DNA of 62,587 nt, counting the filler, from a bacterium (GTDB lineage: Bacteria; JAMOTN01): NCBI GenBank assembly GCA_027062325.1. It is 7 parts of 7 records of this genome, joined end to end, with 100 filler letters (N's around TTAATTAATTAA, not from the genome) between each part and the next. Parts side by side here need not be neighbours in the genome. Positions count along the whole stretch, not along the records: positions 55,081 to 62,587 come from JAMOTN010000036.1; 6 more parts are not named here. One strand, written 5' to 3'. The stretch's first letter is position 1, and every line of letters begins with the position of its first letter. Positions 59,401 to 62,587 of this stretch are shown piece by piece. The translations under genes were made by a program, and so were the position numbers. The notes under the pieces are model-generated. The model made no database searches. It had not been told where the DNA came from and was given only the letters and a program-made list of their open reading frames with translations.

Positions 59401-59493
59401 GCCACATTGGTAACACTCTTTGGTTTACCTGCACTTTTGAAGATTTATACTTTAATAACCGGCACTGTTGGCAGAGGTGGAGAGAAAAAATGA
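56425..59493 (+). CDS. RND family efflux permease (AcrB/CusA superfamily)
   Basis: 1022 aa; GMLVDNAVVV.EN, AAQFES, GIVVNNGI, RLRPILITSLTTI.GMIPLA. Confidence 0.95.
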   Translation: MGRLNISRFAAYHPVPVAVFALVAVILGFWAWFYMPVDYMPEMDIPISIVVIPWEGADPETIEEEIVKPLESFLAGAKNAKKVKAMSMDNAGVVIVEYHSFVTKREAMQNTREEIEKFKAVFQLPKGAKEPAIFQMDPAMMPILFMGFTSTKLTPRQLYSFIDQNIKPELESVEGVGNVMIFSPNKREIHVIPNVEKCLAYGITYADVITALQTHLKNLPAGDEEIGKGLRRIKVYLKPYFVPKIGKIPVKKLKDGNVIYLEDVCKIEDAVAKKQGEVSIEGIPAVFVAIRKQQGANIVSTTDAVKRKIKEILEKYPHIKIALSFEVAKFIKQSISNLTQNVITSIIIVSITVWLFLKRFSAVMAVITTIPIAFIFTLFLMYLKGMTLNMISLGGLAIAIGMLVDNAVVVTENTARLVTEKKFSSLKEAAIQGASEMILPIIASTLTSVIVFLPIAFSRGLASKFFGQLAATITFSLTISIITSFTVAVSILAKYAKPIPEGWFVKSLQTAYTKLVSVIARSGFVAFVIIGGLVLLTVGGLGVVKHMNATFISEADADDFGVVVKLPIGTNWQASKQVADLLLHEIEDRIPEVEYILQQVGVTQASALESAAFGGESGEEVISLYIRLKSDRKRTAPQIMDEIAKIVNDPKWHFTSVKFQKITQATIGAGDEFVVALYSNDEDTLEDYASFLKKELLKLPEIKSIVSTLEDKKPEVKYTIKNDVLKHFGIPEEFIRAALWMSTTGLETGRIFLDGESIKVRAKLKPKTHELFLPLGEIAIPIDNFVNKEYRLVPLVRNRYKKRSVVYLKCTLEPNTPLKTLKEKTIKLIEKSKPQSILFDFEGSVEKMEEVFSDLGKMFILSTILVYLTMAAQFESWILPFLIALLVPTDIILAMSVFPIIGKSFDVTAFLGMIVLAGIVVNNGIVFIDVFKNHYSELGADAITLAASQRLRPILITSLTTIVGMIPLALGMGKGAELRQSMGIMVGGGMTIATLVTLFGLPALLKIYTLITGTVGRGGEKK

Positions 59494-60152
59494 TAGATAA
59501 GTTGATAGCAGAATTTGGTGCGATTGAAGATGAAAACTCCACGAAAACGAGACTTGTAAAGGCAGCACTTGAGATTCTGGAAAATGAGGGAATAGCAGGT
59601 TTTACTCTTCGCAAAGTTGCTTCTAAAGCTGGTATTACTGTGTCTTCAATTTACAATCATTTTAAAAGTAAGCAGGAGTTACTGACGCATTTGATAGTTT
59701 TTTCATTCGTGGAAGTTATCTATTCTGCGGTAGTAGAAAGTTTGGTAGAATCGGGAGACAATTTGCCTCAGAAGTTGAAAAACTTTCCAGTCGTATTTTT
59801 CAAAAAAATTAGAGAAAAGGCGCAGTTTCACGATTTTAAGACACAAACCGCGGTTTTAGAATTAAAATACTGGCTTGTGAAGTTTGAAGAGGGGAAGGAG
59901 CTTTACCGTAAATTGCACGAAAAATTGTCGGAACTTTTAACCCAAAGACTTCCCCTTGAATATGAGAAGGCAGAAGCATTGCTTGCGACGGTGATTGGAA
60001 TGGCAGAGGCATTGTTGTTTAAAACTTTTTTTCAAAATTATTCTGGTTCAGATAGTGCAAGTACAACTAAATCTTTCCCATTATCAGTTGATAATTCCAA
60101 AGTAGTTTTGCATTGCGAAAAATTTTTACAGACAATCGGCGAAATTTTGTAG
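59490..60152 (+). CDS. TetR/AcrR family transcriptional regulator
   Basis: TLRKVASKAGITVSSIYNHFKSKQEL HTH. Confidence 0.92.
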   Translation: MIDKLIAEFGAIEDENSTKTRLVKAALEILENEGIAGFTLRKVASKAGITVSSIYNHFKSKQELLTHLIVFSFVEVIYSAVVESLVESGDNLPQKLKNFPVVFFKKIREKAQFHDFKTQTAVLELKYWLVKFEEGKELYRKLHEKLSELLTQRLPLEYEKAEALLATVIGMAEALLFKTFFQNYSGSDSASTTKSFPLSVDNSKVVLHCEKFLQTIGEIL

Positions 60153-60161
60153 TTTTTTACA

Positions 60162-60336
60162 CAACTCTTTTTCCAAGTTTCAGTAATAATTTGTTAAGCT
60201 AATTATAGGAATTTAAAGAAATAGCAGGATTTTGGGTGGTTGGTTGGGGTAACTTTAAATGAGATCCTACCAGTAATAAATTACTACAACCTCTTCTGAG
60301 TTGAAGCAGGTGATATTGAATTTGGAAAAAGAGTTG
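60162..60336. repeat. 175-bp segment bounded by perfect 15-bp inverted repeats
   Basis: CAACTCTTTTTCCAA at 60162-60176 and its reverse complement TTGGAAAAAGAGTTG at 60322-60336. Confidence 0.7.
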
Positions 60337-60443
60337 AAAAAATTTGAGGTGTAGAGAGAAGTGTTATGGTCTAAAGAAAATAAACGAAGTTCAGGATTAA
60401 ACGATTCCGACAATAAAATAAACTCAATAGGAGTGAGCAAAAG

Positions 60444-61790
60444 ATGGAAATGATTTGTATTATCTTACTTTTTTTGTTATTAGCGTGTGCATTGTGGTTG
60501 GGGCATAGGTATAAGAGATTAAGCGCTGTTGTTAACAGCTTTCTAGACAAACTTTGTCGCTTTGACTTTAGGGTAACAGAAGTAGAGAAAAGAGAATTTA
60601 GAGGGATATTAAGATCCAAGTCGTTGGGTGAAGTAGAAAAGCTGGCTTTATCAATGGATGAAATGATTATGAAAAAAAGAGCGGCAATAGGAGCTGCCTT
60701 TTACAAGGCATTTTGGATTAAAGAAAATATACTGCAATTGAAAGAAAGAGTAATTGCTATTTCTAAAATTTTGGCAGATTCACTGTTCCTTGAGAGAGAA
60801 CATACATTACGGGAAAATTTTGAGTCGGCAAAAACAAAGTTGGAGCTTTCTAATGCAAATTCTGATAAACAAATGGAGGAAACAATCCAACATGTATTGT
60901 TGTTTTTAGATGAACAAATGGACAACATTAATCAAGGAACAATTCTTTTAGCGAATGCCATGAAGGATTTGGAGAGCACAATTAACCTTATTTTTCCCAA
61001 ATCTCAATTTATCAAGAAGTTGACAACAAGGGTAGATTTACTTGCCTTGAACTCTTCAATTGAGGCTGCCAGAGCGGGAAATGCAGGTAGAGGATTCGGA
61101 GTAGTTGCTTTTGAAATCAAAAAACTTGCCGAGGATACTCAAAAAAGTGCTGAAGATATAGAATCTGCTCTGAAAGAACTGTTAGATAGCCTACAGAAAA
61201 CTAAAAAAGTTTTTCAGAGGTTTGAAGACTCAGTTCAAAATTCTACAGAAAGAGTAGAGAAAGCTGCTCTCAATATAGAAAAATATGTTAAGAATTCCCA
61301 GAATGCCTTGGACAATATAAAGAAGAAAGTGGAAGGTTTGGTAGAAGAGTTAATTACTCATCTGGATGGAATTCTAGAATTTATTGAAAGTATCATTGAT
61401 AGTTTTAAGAAGTTTGCTCAAACGGTAAACTTGTTTTCTGTCAACTCGTTAGTTGAACCAGAGGAGGCGTTTAGTGAGATAAAAGATGGGAAAGCTATTT
61501 TGGTTTGCACTATGCCTCAATGGTTAATTCCTGATGAAGTGGCTTGTTGTAGCTTCTATTTAAACCCTGAGAAATTTGAAAAGGTTGTAGAAAAACTCCC
61601 CAAAGATAAGAAGTATTTTCTACTTTGCTTGTCTGGTCACATAGCTAGCTGGCTATTTGAACTTTTAAAAGAGCATAGTTTTAGAAATGTATTTGTTGTA
61701 AAGGGTGGCTTAATAGGCTGGAAAAAAGCCAAGTTGCCTTTACAGCCCAAGTCTAAACTGATAGAAGTAGAAAAATACTTTAGAGGTTGA
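60444..61790 (+). CDS. methyl-accepting chemotaxis signalling domain fused to a C-terminal rhodanese-like domain
   Basis: [33 protein letters not shown]-terminal LPKDK...LCLSG..A...L...[11 protein letters not shown]....LP. Confidence 0.85.
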   Translation: MEMICIILLFLLLACALWLGHRYKRLSAVVNSFLDKLCRFDFRVTEVEKREFRGILRSKSLGEVEKLALSMDEMIMKKRAAIGAAFYKAFWIKENILQLKERVIAISKILADSLFLEREHTLRENFESAKTKLELSNANSDKQMEETIQHVLLFLDEQMDNINQGTILLANAMKDLESTINLIFPKSQFIKKLTTRVDLLALNSSIEAARAGNAGRGFGVVAFEIKKLAEDTQKSAEDIESALKELLDSLQKTKKVFQRFEDSVQNSTERVEKAALNIEKYVKNSQNALDNIKKKVEGLVEELITHLDGILEFIESIIDSFKKFAQTVNLFSVNSLVEPEEAFSEIKDGKAILVCTMPQWLIPDEVACCSFYLNPEKFEKVVEKLPKDKKYFLLCLSGHIASWLFELLKEHSFRNVFVVKGGLIGWKKAKLPLQPKSKLIEVEKYFRG

Positions 61791-61966
61791 TAAAAAGTTT
61801 ATTTACAAATTCGATTTGCCAGATGTTAATGGAGTGCTGTTCGTGCATGTATAGTGAGGAAGGTAAAGAGCTATTACTGTCATGACTAAGAAGGTAATAT
61901 GTATGGAATTAGTGAGGAAATTTAAATTGTGAGAACTGTAAACAATGTTGAGGATAGGTACTTTGC

Positions 61967-61995
61967 TTGCTTTTAATAGAATTTAAGGATATACT
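61967..61995 (+). promoter_or_regulatory. putative sigma70 promoter for the riboswitch-sucC transcript
   Basis: TTGCTT-N17-TATACT. Confidence 0.5.
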
Positions 61996-62061
61996 CACTA
62001 ACAAGCAGTATTGGAAAAGTGCTATAAACAGGAGGCGAGGAAGTAAAAATCCTGTCATAGT

Positions 62062-62249
62062 CGTTCGGGTGTTAGGGAAGCCGGTGCAAAACCGGCGCTG
62101 CCCGCGCAGCTGTAACCGGGGAGCCGAGCTCCATTGGCTTGCTCCTCATGGGGTGTCAAGCCGGTCACTGGGATGGATTCGTGCAAGCGGCCATCCTGGG
62201 AAGGCAGGAGGTCGGTGATGATCCGGGAGCCAGAAGACCTGCCCGAACG
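62062..62249 (+). promoter_or_regulatory. cobalamin (B12) riboswitch
   Basis: AGGGAAG-CCGGTGCAAAACCGG-C-GCTGCCCGCGCAGC-TGTAA, CACTGGG...CCTGGGAAGG, B12 box GAGCCAGAAGACCTGCC; closing helix CGTTCGGG/CCCGAACG. Confidence 0.93.
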
Positions 62250-62278
62250 CGAAAACGCGCGAGGCGGAGGTGTCACTT

Positions 62279-62587
62279 ATGAAATTGCACGAGTGGCAAG
62301 GAAGGAAGCTTTTTCAAAAATTTGGAATACCTGTTTCTAACTTTTTTGTTGTTAGTTCTGCTGATGAAGCCTACAAAGCCGCCAAACAACTCAAAGCAAG
62401 CGATAAATTCCCAGTTGTTGTAAAAGTTCAGGTGCATGCTGGCGGTCGTGGAAAAGCAGGTGGAGTAAAACTTGTTAAAAGTCCTGATGAAGCTTATGAG
62501 GTAGCTAAAAACCTTTTGTCTTCCCCATTCAAAACTTCTCAAACTCCTATCCCCTTACCAGTTAACAAACTGATTGTTGCAGAAGCT
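62279..62587 (+). CDS. sucC: succinyl-CoA synthetase beta subunit (or close acyl-CoA ligase paralog), 3' truncated
   Basis: My translation: MKLHEWQGRKLFQKFGIPV...VVVKVQVHAGGRGKAGGVKL...VNKLIVAEA; RBS GGAGGTG at 62266-62272. Not in the ORF track. Confidence 0.9.
   Translation, partial: MKLHEWQGRKLFQKFGIPVSNFFVVSSADEAYKAAKQLKASDKFPVVVKVQVHAGGRGKAGGVKLVKSPDEAYEVAKNLLSSPFKTSQTPIPLPVNKLIVAEA

Noticed and set aside
61967-62542. Four short ORFs (61967+, 62055-, 62134+, 62273-)
   Set aside because: They overlap the cobalamin riboswitch or sucC. The real gene starts at 62279 and was missed because it has no stop in the window.
1-62587. CRISPR arrays, cas genes, transposases, prophage genes
   Set aside because: None recognised by eye. 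A short or degenerate array cannot be excluded without computation.

Overview
This is not contiguous DNA. It is seven contigs (1-10450, 10551-20946, 21047-30111, 30212-38697, 38798-47128, 47229-54980, 55081-62587) sorted by decreasing length and joined by artificial 100-nt N/TTAATTAATTAA linkers, so adjacency across linkers is meaningless. One real join is recoverable: the last 27 nt of contig 4 equal the first 27 nt of contig 1 and complete a ROK kinase. The source looks like an AT-rich, probably diderm (lptB, TolC fragment, usher-like protein) bacterium; I cannot assign a taxon. Most genes are housekeeping (rel, smc, lptB, coaD, rsmD, lspA, lgt, pseudouridine synthases, a divergent miaA, four tRNAs, a partial 5S rRNA). 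The window also has type IV pilus/T2SS-like genes, a divergent chaperone-usher-like cluster, a MoxR-DUF58 pair and an RND efflux operon. Best candidates for new biology: (i) a Zn-ribbon/TM/double-OB-fold + archaeal-type TctA-like permease + YdjM-like hydrolase module that may take up nucleic acids; (ii) a secreted TPR-phosphodiesterase-thermonuclease fusion; (iii) a cobalamin riboswitch directly upstream of sucC, which the ORF track misses; (iv) an ApbE-NusG-II fusion with a Gx-family partner; (v) a chemoreceptor-rhodanese fusion preceded by a 175-bp segment bounded by perfect 15-bp inverted repeats. No CRISPR array, transposase or phage genes were seen. All family calls come from motif recognition by eye, not from database searches.
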